From the NCBI GenBank assembly GCA_964535525.1, contig CAZHTJ010000001.1, forward strand, positions 197,786-261,785: a stretch of DNA of 64,000 bases, given 5' to 3'. Both the position numbers and the translations under genes were made by a program. This stretch comes from an uncultured Acidobacterium sp. (GTDB taxonomy: Bacteria > Acidobacteriota > Terriglobia > Terriglobales > Acidobacteriaceae). Below the pieces are notes generated by a model. That model ran no database searches, was not told where the DNA came from, and was given only the letters and a program-made list of their open reading frames with translations. This document shows, piece after piece, positions 37,478 through 45,865 of this stretch; position 1 is the stretch's first letter; every line of letters starts with the position of its first letter.

Positions 37478-37497
37478 TTACGTATTTTCTACGTAAA
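37478..37497. promoter_or_regulatory. Inverted repeat TTACGTA-N5-TACGTAA overlapping the RBS of the RHH gene (candidate operator)
   Basis: ttacgtattttctacgtaa lies immediately upstream of the AAGGAGG/ATG of ORF 37158-37463 on the minus strand. Confidence 0.35.
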
Positions 37498-38030
37498 GCT
37501 TACTCATCGCCCAGGCAAACGTCAATTCGCCCTTTCTTTCCTCCCAAAAAACCGGTGAACACGGGGAAGTTCGATTTGTCCTTTGCGTCAGGAATATCCT
37601 CGAAATCCTCTTCAGTCCTGCCCTCGTGAAGCGCGAAATGAAAGATTGCGCGACTATGGGCTTAGGAATTGGCGGGGCTCGGGGAGCAAACAACGCAGGC
37701 GAACGCCATCCTTATACATCTCACCCCCCCGAAAACCCGGTAACGTGACCTTTGCCCCAAAAACTGTCAATCCTTACGTCGGTAACAGTACCCACTAACT
37801 CCTTTCCCTGCCCCGCCCACACCCCCCAAAACCCCCATCTTTTTTGGCAGTTTTATTCTCCACGCTTGGTATCCTGAACTTAGATAGGAAAAAAAGAAAA
37901 AGCCTTACCTTCCCGGTGGGGCTTTTCTGTTTTCCGGAGCAGTTTCGCATAGGTCCCGCGAAGGCTCCGCAGGCGTGCGGACCCTTCCTTTTCCTGAATT
38001 CCGCCGTGAATCGACGCCATGCGCCGTTCT

Positions 38031-38058
38031 CTGCACCCTGTACCCTGCACCCTGTTTT
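38031..38058. repeat. Heptad tandem array upstream of ORF 38074
   Basis: ctgcacc ctgtacc ctgcacc ctgtttt. Confidence 0.7.
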
Positions 38059-38073
38059 TTGAAAGGATCAACA

Positions 38074-39663
38074 ATGTCCGACGCCGCAACCGACTCCGCC
38101 CGGGCCCAGGTTCCACCCCAGGTCCCGCCCCAGCCCAAAGAAAAACGCCGCTGCCGCGCCCTCCGTGTCAACGGTCTCCAGTGCAACTCCACTGCCCTCC
38201 ACGGCGGCATCTTCTGCTTCACCCATAAAAATTACGGCCATCCCGAGTGCCCCAAAAAAGGCTCGAAGATCGTCCTCCCGCTCCTCGAGGACCATTCCTC
38301 CATCCAGCTCCTCCTCTCCCAGGTCGCCCACGGTATCCTCTCCGGCGCCCTCAATCCCGCCGAAGCCCGCGCCCTCTCCTATAACTGTCAGGTTGCCGCC
38401 CAAACCCTGGCGCGCCCCGTCGCCGTCCGCCCCAAACCCACCGAGCAGAACACCCGCATCCAGGAAACCGTCGCCGAAGTCGTCACCAGCCCCGACGGCC
38501 AGCCCCTCGGCCCCGTCGAGAAGTACTTCGGCCCCACCGGCGCCTTCGAGCCACAGTGGTCCGTTTCCAAATATCTGTACGAGCAGCGCTGCGAGCGTCT
38601 TGGCATTCCCAAACCCACCTGTGCCGCCGACTTCCCCGCCTCCGGCTGGCTCACCGAAGAGGAAATCAACGAAGACCCCGACGACTTCGCCGCCCGCTAT
38701 GAGGAAAAGATTCGCCTGGCCGAGGAACACAACGCCGCCGTCCGCGCTCAGGAAACCGCCGCCGCCCTCGCCGCCGGACTCCCCGATCCTCACGCCCAGC
38801 CCAAAAGCAAAAATCCCAACTGCCCCTTTGACACCGACTGGTGCCACGGGCCCGCCGACAGTCATCAGTGCTGCTACTGCGCCAACCAGCTGACCATGGA
38901 ACCGTCCAACCCGCGCTATCCCGGCGATGACGTCATCGCTCGTCTCAAGCGGTTCTGGAGCGGAGAGGACAAAACGCTGAACCCCTCCGCCACCCTCGAC
39001 CTCCAGGCTGCCGCGGACGGGCCAGAAGTCGAACTCTGCGCCGCGCTCCGTGCTCCGTGCTCCAGGCTCCAGGCCCCAGGCTCCGAGCTCCAGGCTCCAG
39101 GCTTTGCCCTTAGCCCTGAGAACTGCCCAGTTATCGAGCTCGATAACATTCCCAACCCCAGCGTTGTCAATTCCCAGCTGGATACCGGCACCCCAGGGGA
39201 GGGGCCCTTTCTCTACCCCAAAACAAAAAGGAGCAGCCACTCGCCGCTCCCGCATCACCGCTGTTCTGTACGCTGTCCGCTATCCGCTGACCGCTGCCCT
39301 ACCGCCCGTCCCGCAGCCGAGCCGCCAGCCGATCCGGCAAACCCGCCTGCACAATCCGCTCCTGCGCCTCTTTCACGTCATACGGCACGCGATACCACGT
39401 CACCGTCATCCGCGCATCGTCATACAACGCAAAGGCTGCGCGCCAGTCACCGTCCCGCGGCTGCCCCACCGATCCCGGATTCAGCAGATAGCGTGCGCCA
39501 ACGCGCAGCTCCAGCTCGAACTCCTCGGCTTCCGCGTGGCCTCCCTGCTCTCTGTGATCTCCGGGGTGGAACCGGTGCCCCGCATACTGCGGACTCAGCC
39601 GAAACCACTCATCGCCATTCGTGGCGAAACCGCCCTGCACATGCGTGTGCCCGAAAAACGTAA
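38074..39663 (+). CDS. Cys-rich hypothetical protein (N-terminal CxxxxxxxxC...CxxH zinc-ribbon-like motif); 3' end doubtful
   Basis: ATG at 38074 after AAAGGA. RRCRALRVNGLQCNSTALHGGIFCFTH and NPNCPFDTDWCHGPADSHQCCYC clusters. There is no stop until 39663, so the last ~600 nt run through a heptad array and a minus-strand terminator and lie antisense to the metallophosphoesterase gene. Confidence 0.45.
   Translation: MSDAATDSARAQVPPQVPPQPKEKRRCRALRVNGLQCNSTALHGGIFCFTHKNYGHPECPKKGSKIVLPLLEDHSSIQLLLSQVAHGILSGALNPAEARALSYNCQVAAQTLARPVAVRPKPTEQNTRIQETVAEVVTSPDGQPLGPVEKYFGPTGAFEPQWSVSKYLYEQRCERLGIPKPTCAADFPASGWLTEEEINEDPDDFAARYEEKIRLAEEHNAAVRAQETAAALAAGLPDPHAQPKSKNPNCPFDTDWCHGPADSHQCCYCANQLTMEPSNPRYPGDDVIARLKRFWSGEDKTLNPSATLDLQAAADGPEVELCAALRAPCSRLQAPGSELQAPGFALSPENCPVIELDNIPNPSVVNSQLDTGTPGEGPFLYPKTKRSSHSPLPHHRCSVRCPLSADRCPTARPAAEPPADPANPPAQSAPAPLSRHTARDTTSPSSAHRHTTQRLRASHRPAAAPPIPDSADSVRQRAAPARTPRLPRGLPALCDLRGGTGAPHTADSAETTHRHSWRNRPAHACARKT
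39045..39107. repeat. Heptad tandem array (GCTCCAG family, ~9 units)
   Basis: gctccgt gctccgt gctccag gctccag gccccag gctccga gctccag gctccag gctttgc. Confidence 0.85.
39219..39250 (-). terminator. Rho-independent terminator of the metallophosphoesterase gene
   Basis: Minus strand: GGAGCGGC-GAGT-GGCTGCTCC (8-bp stem with one G.U pair) followed by TTTTTGTTTT. Confidence 0.6.
39275..39302. repeat. Heptad array at the metallophosphoesterase stop
   Basis: gtccgct atccgct gaccgct gccctac. Same unit family as 24387-24414. Confidence 0.7.
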
Positions 39664-40090
39664 TCCGCGCATCGGTCGCCTCCAGCGCAGGCCATGCATC
39701 GCGCACTGTGAGCACGTAATCGTCCTCATCCGCTGGCGATCCGTGCACGCAGCGCACAAACGGCCCATCGGGCGCAATCGGGCCGACTGCCAAGTGCCGC
39801 AGCCAGTCGCGATGCTCGCCGGTGAGCACGCACTCGGTCCAGCGAGCCGCCCGCTGCGCCACGGGATTAAATTCCTCGATGCCGCCGAGCCCGCTGCACA
39901 CGCGATCATGGTTTCCGCGCACAAAAACATTCCCCAGCCGCCGGGTCTCATCGATCACTTCGTTGGGATTTGCACCGTACCCCACCACATCGCCCAGGTT
40001 CCAGACCACGTCGTGGGACGGAGCCGCGGCGAGCACCGCTTCGAGAGCCTCGAGGTTGGCGTGAATATCCGAGATGAGCAGCGCGCGCAT
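39299..40090 (-). CDS. Metallophosphoesterase (YfcE/MJ0936-like calcineurin-fold)
   Basis: MRALLISDIHAN, LGDVVGYG, GNHD, FFGHTH, GSVGQPRD motifs in canonical order. Start taken at the MRALL ATG. Confidence 0.8.
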   Translation of the reverse strand: MRALLISDIHANLEALEAVLAAAPSHDVVWNLGDVVGYGANPNEVIDETRRLGNVFVRGNHDRVCSGLGGIEEFNPVAQRAARWTECVLTGEHRDWLRHLAVGPIAPDGPFVRCVHGSPADEDDYVLTVRDAWPALEATDARITFFGHTHVQGGFATNGDEWFRLSPQYAGHRFHPGDHREQGGHAEAEEFELELRVGARYLLNPGSVGQPRDGDWRAAFALYDDARMTVTWYRVPYDVKEAQERIVQAGLPDRLAARLRDGR

Positions 40091-40303
40091 AGCGAAAATA
40101 TCGGCCCGCTTTTCCACCACATCTCTGGCGATGGATCTCGCGGACCTTAGCTCCTGGCACGCCCGGGGTTAGCGTGGGGGTAGCAGACCGTTTACTACTT
40201 TATTAGACGGAGCAGACGCTTGTCGCGTCTTTTTAACATTGGCTGCGGTGTTTTGCGGGCGTTTTTCCGTTTACAGTCCGTTTTCGCTCGCTTTTGCTGC
40301 CCG

Positions 40304-41215
40304 TCAGACCCGCGCCCAGTGTCCGGGCGCCGCCTCTCGCAGCGGAAGGACTGCGCCCGCCTGGCCACCTGAACCAGCATCGCCCGCCGCAACCATCGCC
40401 AGGGGCGCCCGCAAATCGGTCCGCATCGTCGGCACCGCGCCCAGCAGGCTGCGTGTATAGGGATGCAGCGGCTCACGGAAAATGGCCGCACGCGGCGCCT
40501 GCTCCACCAGCAAACCGTTGCGCATCACCGCTACACGATCCGCAACCTGAGAAACAACGGCAAGATCATGCGAGATAAACAGCATCGCCAACCCGAACCT
40601 CTCCCGCAAATCGGCGAGCAGTTCCAGAATCTGCGCCTGCACCGTCACGTCCAGCGCCGTTGTCGGCTCGTCGGCAATCAGCAGCCGTGGCCGGTTCGCG
40701 ATCGCCATCGCGATCAGAATCCGCTGCCGCTGCCCGCCCGAGAATTGATGCGGATAATCGCCGTACCGTCTTGCCGGATCCGGCAGCGACACCGCCTGCA
40801 TCGCGTCGAGCACCTTCTCCCGCACGGCGCGCCGCGAAAGCTCTCGCTGATGCACACGCACCGCCTCCGCAATCTGCTCGCCCACGGGCAGCACAGGGTT
40901 CAGCGCCGTCATCGGCTCCTGAAAGATCATCGCGATGTCGCGCCCGCGCAGCCGCCGCATCTCCTCGGCCGGCAGCGCGGTCAGGTCGCGTCCGTCGAAC
41001 TCAATCCGTCCATCCACGGTGGCCGCCGCGTCCAGCAGACGCAGAATCGCCAGCGCCGTGACCGATTTCCCCGAGCCCGATTCACCTACGAGTCCCAGCG
41101 ATTCACCCCATGCAATCGCGAGCGAAAGCCCTCGTACGGCCTGGATTGCGCCAAACCGAATCGTGAGATTTTCAATGGAAAGCAGAGCCACAGCGCCATC
41201 GTACAGGACACCCAT
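40304..41215 (-). CDS. Dpp/Opp-type ABC transporter ATP-binding protein (orphan; no permease or SBP nearby)
   Basis: GESGSGKS, FSGGQRQR, LIADEPTTALD and the C-terminal oligopeptide-type tail (PLHPYTRSLLGAVP). Confidence 0.8.
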   Translation of the reverse strand: MGVLYDGAVALLSIENLTIRFGAIQAVRGLSLAIAWGESLGLVGESGSGKSVTALAILRLLDAAATVDGRIEFDGRDLTALPAEEMRRLRGRDIAMIFQEPMTALNPVLPVGEQIAEAVRVHQRELSRRAVREKVLDAMQAVSLPDPARRYGDYPHQFSGGQRQRILIAMAIANRPRLLIADEPTTALDVTVQAQILELLADLRERFGLAMLFISHDLAVVSQVADRVAVMRNGLLVEQAPRAAIFREPLHPYTRSLLGAVPTMRTDLRAPLAMVAAGDAGSGGQAGAVLPLREAAPGHWARV

Positions 41216-41293
41216 CGCTCACGCAGTCCGCGCCGGACGCGCTCAACCGGCCGTCCTGAACCGGTCTTGGAGCCCTGGAACTTAATACCGGAA

Positions 41294-41698
41294 CTACGCC
41301 TTGCTCTTCTTCTTCTTGTATTCGGCAAGGCCCTTCTGGAAATCGAGCGAAGTGCCGGCATAAGGCGAGGCAATCCGCGCCCGGGCAGCTTTGCGCGGGG
41401 TTACCGGCGCCTCTTCGGCCGCAACGGTATCGGCGCCCTCGGTGCCAGCCGCCTCCGGCTCGCCGCGAAACGACCGCGGCAGTTCCGATGCCTTGAACTC
41501 GATCCCATCGTGCACCATCTGACGAGCCGCGCGCGCCAGCAACTCGCGCTTGGTCTTCAGCCGCTTCACTTCCGCGTCGCGGTCGGCGTCGGAGCGAAAT
41601 TCCTCGAAGCGAAGGATGTGAGCCAGCTTGCGATCGAAGAGGTCGATCTCCTCGTGAAGAGACCTGAGTGAATACTTGTCCTGCGCCATTGCGGGCAT
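41294..41698 (-). CDS. Hypothetical charged protein
   Basis: 134-aa ORF with coiled-coil-like composition. No domain recognised. Confidence 0.45.
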   Translation of the reverse strand: MPAMAQDKYSLRSLHEEIDLFDRKLAHILRFEEFRSDADRDAEVKRLKTKRELLARAARQMVHDGIEFKASELPRSFRGEPEAAGTEGADTVAAEEAPVTPRKAARARIASPYAGTSLDFQKGLAEYKKKKSKA

Positions 41699-41744
41699 TG
41701 GAAGACTCCAGCAGCCGTAGCCGAGGTTAAAACCGGCGATAAGT

Positions 41745-41769
41745 GCAAAAAGGGGCCGCTCTGGCCCCT
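41745..41769 (-). terminator. Rho-independent terminator after csp
   Basis: Minus strand: AGGGGCC-AGAGC-GGCCCCT followed by TTTTTG. Confidence 0.7.
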
Positions 41770-41791
41770 CTCAGAGGTCGCTTGTCCTTAC

Positions 41792-41992
41792 TTACACAAC
41801 CTGGACGTTCTCTGCCTGCCAGCCCTTCGGGCCCTTTACCACGTTGAACTGGACCGCCTGACCTTCCTGCAGCGAGCGGAATCCGTTGCTCTGGATCGCC
41901 GAAAAGTGCACAAAAACATCCTCGCCGTTGGCCCGGCTCAGAAAGCCAAACCCTTTGGCGTCGTTAAACCATTTCACTGTTCCCTGTTCCAT
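41792..41992 (-). CDS. Cold-shock protein (CspA family)
   Basis: [18 protein letters not shown]...DVFVHFSAI (RNP1/RNP2 motifs). The ORF-track start 42055 is too long. Confidence 0.9.
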   Translation of the reverse strand: MEQGTVKWFNDAKGFGFLSRANGEDVFVHFSAIQSNGFRSLQEGQAVQFNVVKGPKGWQAENVQVV

Positions 41993-42196
41993 AACTGTAT
42001 CTATTTCCTTTTTCTTTGAAGTGGATCGCTGAACTCTGCGTGGAATTTTTTGCAAGTCAGCGGTACAGCCAGAACAGGCAAGAAAGCCATTTCGGATTCG
42101 ACGATGCTGTTTTCATTTTACCATGCTGTCCGCCCCACCACCGGGAATACTTCGCGCCCAACTTCTCGCAATTCCCCCGTTGAAAGGCGAACGGGT

Positions 42197-43696
42197 TCAA
42201 ATCGGCGCCGAATCCAGCGCCCCGGCAAGAACCCGCTTCGTCATGACCTGGAAGTGATATCCCATCACCGCCATCGTCATGGCCGCTCCGAACGATCTGG
42301 GGTGACGCGTGGCTGCGGTCGCGACAAATTTCCAGTAGCTGGCGCGCGATTTTCCGAGAATCCCCTGCCGTACCAGCGACAGGACGAATGCACGCACATT
42401 CCCGAAGCTGAAGTGCGGCCGATACTGCGGCCGGCAGCGGCTCAGATAACTTCGCACTCGCTGGTAGTAAGTTTCGCTCGCGTAGATACGTCTCAGCACC
42501 GAGCGATAACCCTCGATCAACCGATCCGCATTCATGCGCGGTCGAAAGTTGAGATGGCAATCCATGTTGTTCCCTGCGCCGCTGTCCAGAATGCGGCCTT
42601 CCTGCGTCAGTCGCCGAAACAACTGCGTACCGGGCATCGCCTGCAACAACCCCACCATCGCGATCGGGATTGCGCTCTTCTGAATGAACTCGACCATGCG
42701 ATCGAAAACGTCTTCCCGATCCGTGTCGAATCCCAGAATGAATCCGCCCATCACTTCGATCCCGTAACTCTGGATCGTCGCCACGTTGTCCAGCAGATCG
42801 CGGCGCGTGTTCTGGAGCTTGTTGGCCGCCGCCAGGCTCGATTCGTCCGGCGTCTCAATGCCGAGAAACACCGAATTGAATCCCGCCTCTCGCATCGCTT
42901 CCAGCAGAGCCGGATCGTCCGCCAGGTTGATCGAGGCCTCCGTGATGAAGCGGAACGCGTAGTCGTGTGCCTTCTGCCAAACGCGCATCGCAGCCAGCAG
43001 CAGGCGCGCCCGCACCTTGTTGCCGATGAAGTTGTCATCCACAATGAACACGGGACCGCGCCAGCCTGCGTCGAACAACTGGTCCAGCTCCGCCAACACC
43101 TGCGCCGGTTCCTTTGTGCGCGGACGGCGCCCGTAAATTTCGATGATGTCGCAGAACTCGCAGCTGAAGGGACACCCCCGCGAGCACTGCACCGTCATCG
43201 TACTGTAACGATGCATGCGGATCAGGCTCAGGTCCGGCAGCGGGCTTCGTTCGAGGCTGGGCCGCTCCTCACTCTGATACAGCGGTCGCGCTGTCCCGCG
43301 CTTCAGATCCGCGGCGAGTCCATCGATCAGGTCTTCCGCCTCTCCAATCACCATGTGATCGCACTCCAGTGCCGCATGCGGCAGGCTGCTGGTGATCGGC
43401 CCTCCCACCACGGTGCGCAGGCCGCGAGCGCGGCAACGGCGGACAATCGCGATCAGATCGCGCTCCTGCACGTGCATACCACCGATGAAGGCCACGTCGG
43501 CCCATGCCAGATCGCGATCACGCAGGCGCTCGACGTTCGTGTCGACGAGCCGCTTGTTCCACGAAGCCGGGATCAGGGCCGCTACCGTAAGCAGTCCCAG
43601 CGGAGGCTGCGCCGCTCGCTTGCCCTGAAACGACAGCGCATATCGAAAACTCCAGTACGTATCGGGAAATCGCGGATAGATCAGCAGCACGTTCAC
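42197..43696 (-). CDS. B12-binding-domain radical SAM protein with DUF4070-type C-terminus (HpnP/HpnR-like architecture)
   Basis: N-terminal MNVLLIYPRFPDTYWSF...PPLGLLTVAA (B12-binding domain), radical SAM CxxxCxxC (CSRGCPFSCEFC). Confidence 0.85.
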   Translation of the reverse strand: MNVLLIYPRFPDTYWSFRYALSFQGKRAAQPPLGLLTVAALIPASWNKRLVDTNVERLRDRDLAWADVAFIGGMHVQERDLIAIVRRCRARGLRTVVGGPITSSLPHAALECDHMVIGEAEDLIDGLAADLKRGTARPLYQSEERPSLERSPLPDLSLIRMHRYSTMTVQCSRGCPFSCEFCDIIEIYGRRPRTKEPAQVLAELDQLFDAGWRGPVFIVDDNFIGNKVRARLLLAAMRVWQKAHDYAFRFITEASINLADDPALLEAMREAGFNSVFLGIETPDESSLAAANKLQNTRRDLLDNVATIQSYGIEVMGGFILGFDTDREDVFDRMVEFIQKSAIPIAMVGLLQAMPGTQLFRRLTQEGRILDSGAGNNMDCHLNFRPRMNADRLIEGYRSVLRRIYASETYYQRVRSYLSRCRPQYRPHFSFGNVRAFVLSLVRQGILGKSRASYWKFVATAATRHPRSFGAAMTMAVMGYHFQVMTKRVLAGALDSAPI

Positions 43697-43860
43697 GATT
43701 GCATCTCCACCGGACCGGTCGCCGGCGGATTCGAAAGCCCATTCAGATCTCTTCCCACTGCGCTCGTGCCGCGTCCATCCTCAGTGTGCGCCTGTAGACC
43801 GCGCGCGCAAGCACTCGTACAAAAACATTACAAAGACGCTCACACCATCGTCACTCACCG

Positions 43861-43892
43861 CAAAGCAAAAGGAAGCGGATTGCTCCGCTTCC
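43861..43892 (-). terminator. Rho-independent terminator after the HU gene
   Basis: Minus strand: GGAAGCGGA-GCAA-TCCGCTTCC followed by TTTTGCTTTG. Confidence 0.7.
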
Positions 43893-43924
43893 TCTTTACT
43901 AATCGGATGTACCTAAGCCCGATA

Positions 43925-44221
43925 CTACTTCTTCGGCGGCGCGATCGAGTCCTTCGCCGACTTCGCGACGCGGAACTTCACGACCGTCTTCGCCTTGATC
44001 TTGATCTGCTCGCCCGTCTGCGGATTGCGGCCCATGCGCGCCTTCCGCTCCGCCTTCACCAAACGGCCCAGTCCGGGAATGACAAACACGCCACTCTTCT
44101 TCGTTTCCTTGATTGCCGTTTCCGCCAGCAAATCGAGAAACGCCGCCGATTGCTTATTCGTGAGTTCCAGTTTCTCCGCCAGCTGGCGAACCAGCGCGGT
44201 TTTCGTCATTGTTGCTGCCAT
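43925..44221 (-). CDS. hup: HU-family DNA-binding protein
   Basis: ...TKTALVRQLAEKLELTNKQSAAFLDLL...GRNPQTGEQIKI...VKFR. AAGGAGG lies 8 nt before the ATG. Confidence 0.9.
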   Translation of the reverse strand: MAATMTKTALVRQLAEKLELTNKQSAAFLDLLAETAIKETKKSGVFVIPGLGRLVKAERKARMGRNPQTGEQIKIKAKTVVKFRVAKSAKDSIAPPKK

Positions 44222-44550
44222 CGAGTCTTCCTCCTTGTTTTTTCTTCTTCGAGGTCGCCGGAGTTACTTCGCTCCCAACCTGCGCGAAAGCCAGTATTGA
44301 TGCGGCTCCGAAAGAACCTGCCGCCGTTTACCTTGCGGCTTTCAAAAGCGTTTGTCAATGGCAAAACCCCCGTTTCCACAGGTTTTTTGCGGTTTTCTTT
44401 GGTTTTTCTCTGGAAAACCCGATTTTCACCGGTTTTCCGCCCTCTCAGGCGCTGAAAACCACCAATGACGCGCTTCGCGGAGCCCTTCGTCTCCACCGAC
44501 CTCTGCTGGCGTGGAGTCTAGTCCTTCGCGCACACAGTCGCAATCCGTTA

Positions 44551-45315
44551 TCACCCATGATGCCTGCCTCCGGTCCACACCGGTCGCGGTCGCTCCGCCC
44601 TCACCAGCGGCGCGTTCAGAAAATCCACCAATGGCGCGGCCAGCCGGAACCGCTTCTCGATCTCCTCCGCCACTTCCGGCTTCAACGCCGTCTCCGCCGG
44701 CAGGTGCGCGGTCACGCCCCACTGCCGCCACTTTATCCATTCGATCGCCGGATGCTCCGCGGGAAATCCTTTCGGCGCTCGCGCCAACGCCATCGGATCA
44801 TGCACCTGAAAAGCGCGCAGCAGTTTCTTATCCTCAATCAGCTTCTTCCACACCGCATGACGCTCCAGCAACCGCCGACGAATCGCCAGCAGCTGGTTCT
44901 TCTCCGGCATATAAACACCGGCAGCGATCACAAATTCCGCCGCGCCCACGTGCATGTAGTACCCGCCACCCGACGTCTTCTCCAGACCGCTGCGCGACCA
45001 CCACGCGCCCAGGTGGGTCTTGTACGGCGACTTGTCGGCGGAGAAACGCGTGTCGCGATAAATCCGGAACATGCACTTCCCTGCCGGGCGCATATGGGCG
45101 GGCGCATAATGCGCCATGCCTTCGGTCAGCCGCTCGATCAGCGCCAGCATCGGCGCTTTCAGCTTTTCTTCGTAGATCCCTCGCCGTGCTTCGAACCACT
45201 CGCGTTGGTTGTTGCGTTTCAACCCGCGCAGGAAACGCAGCGCCGCTTCGTCGAAATATGCATCGCGATTCACTCGCTCATTGTAGCGGCGTCGTCTTGT
45301 GGATTCGCCGCCCAC
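44551..45315 (-). CDS. DUF2461 (TIGR02453) family protein
   Basis: FLRGLKRNNQREWFEARRGIYEEKLKAPM and FRIYRDTRFSADKSPYKTH match that family's pattern. Confidence 0.75.
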   Translation of the reverse strand: MGGESTRRRRYNERVNRDAYFDEAALRFLRGLKRNNQREWFEARRGIYEEKLKAPMLALIERLTEGMAHYAPAHMRPAGKCMFRIYRDTRFSADKSPYKTHLGAWWSRSGLEKTSGGGYYMHVGAAEFVIAAGVYMPEKNQLLAIRRRLLERHAVWKKLIEDKKLLRAFQVHDPMALARAPKGFPAEHPAIEWIKWRQWGVTAHLPAETALKPEVAEEIEKRFRLAAPLVDFLNAPLVRAERPRPVWTGGRHHG

Positions 45316-45369
45316 TATACGCCGTCAGTTGTATTGCACCGCGCGGCCAAAAAACATCAAACTGGAAGT

Positions 45370-45828
45370 ATGCGCCGCCCGTTTTTCCCGCTCGCCCTGC
45401 GCCTGGTCGTCGCTCTTGCCGGAGCCGCCACCGGCCTCGCAGCGCAGTCCGCAAAGCATGAGATCACCCCGCGCCAGGCACACCAGATCGTGGTACTCGT
45501 CGCTCATCACGACGACATCGATCTTGCCGACACGCACATCGAGATGAACAGCATGGACCTCGGCTCTCCGTTCGCTCCGGGCTTCTTCAGCTTCATCGTC
45601 ATTCGCGAGAGCACCTCCCCCGGTCCCGACGAAACGCTGCGCCGCTATGCTGTCAGCCGCCGCACCGGCGACGTGTGGGAGATGAATCTCTGCACCCACT
45701 ACGCCTTCCCGGAGTTGTCCCGTCTGCAGCGCTCGTTCTCCGGCCGCAGCGGCGTCGACGCCTCCGAGGTTTCGTCGCAAGCGAAGCGCCTCGGGTGCTC
45801 GCAACCGGCGGCCGCTCCCACCTCTTAG
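45370..45828 (+). CDS. Secreted hypothetical protein
   Basis: MRRPFFPLALRLVVALAGAATGLAAQS signal peptide, in frame within a much longer spurious ORF. Confidence 0.45.
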   Translation: MRRPFFPLALRLVVALAGAATGLAAQSAKHEITPRQAHQIVVLVAHHDDIDLADTHIEMNSMDLGSPFAPGFFSFIVIRESTSPGPDETLRRYAVSRRTGDVWEMNLCTHYAFPELSRLQRSFSGRSGVDASEVSSQAKRLGCSQPAAAPTS

Positions 45829-45865
45829 CCATCCCGGGCGCTCAAGCGTGCGTCGCGCCGGCGCA

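Noticed and set aside
40216-40240. A plus-strand terminator-like hairpin (AGACGC-TTGTC-GCGTCT + TTTTAAC) in the gap between two minus-strand genes, hinting at a small plus-strand RNA.
   Set aside because: There is no plus-strand promoter or conserved structure upstream. The hairpin could act bidirectionally for the DppD-like gene. The evidence is insufficient for an sRNA call.
44353-44450. Phased A-tracts (GAAAACC/GAAAATC/GAAAAACC… at about a 10-11-nt period) and a TTGACA upstream of the HU gene, as a special regulatory element.
   Set aside because: This looks like an ordinary UP-element or curved-DNA promoter context for a highly expressed nucleoid protein. I could not pair the -35 with a convincing -10, so no promoter feature was called.
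14719-45828. Very long plus-strand ORFs in the track (for example 14719-16164, 16348-17157, 23115-24353, 24591-26003, 34553-36331, 42050-44455, 44209-45828), plus many overlapping ones.
   Set aside because: They are Arg/Pro/His/Gln-rich low-complexity translations lying exactly antisense to well-supported minus-strand genes (ybbP, GT2, ribBA, radical SAM, DUF2461). These are typical shadow ORFs of high-GC DNA. Only short in-frame segments with a signal peptide (for example 45370-45828) were kept, at low confidence.
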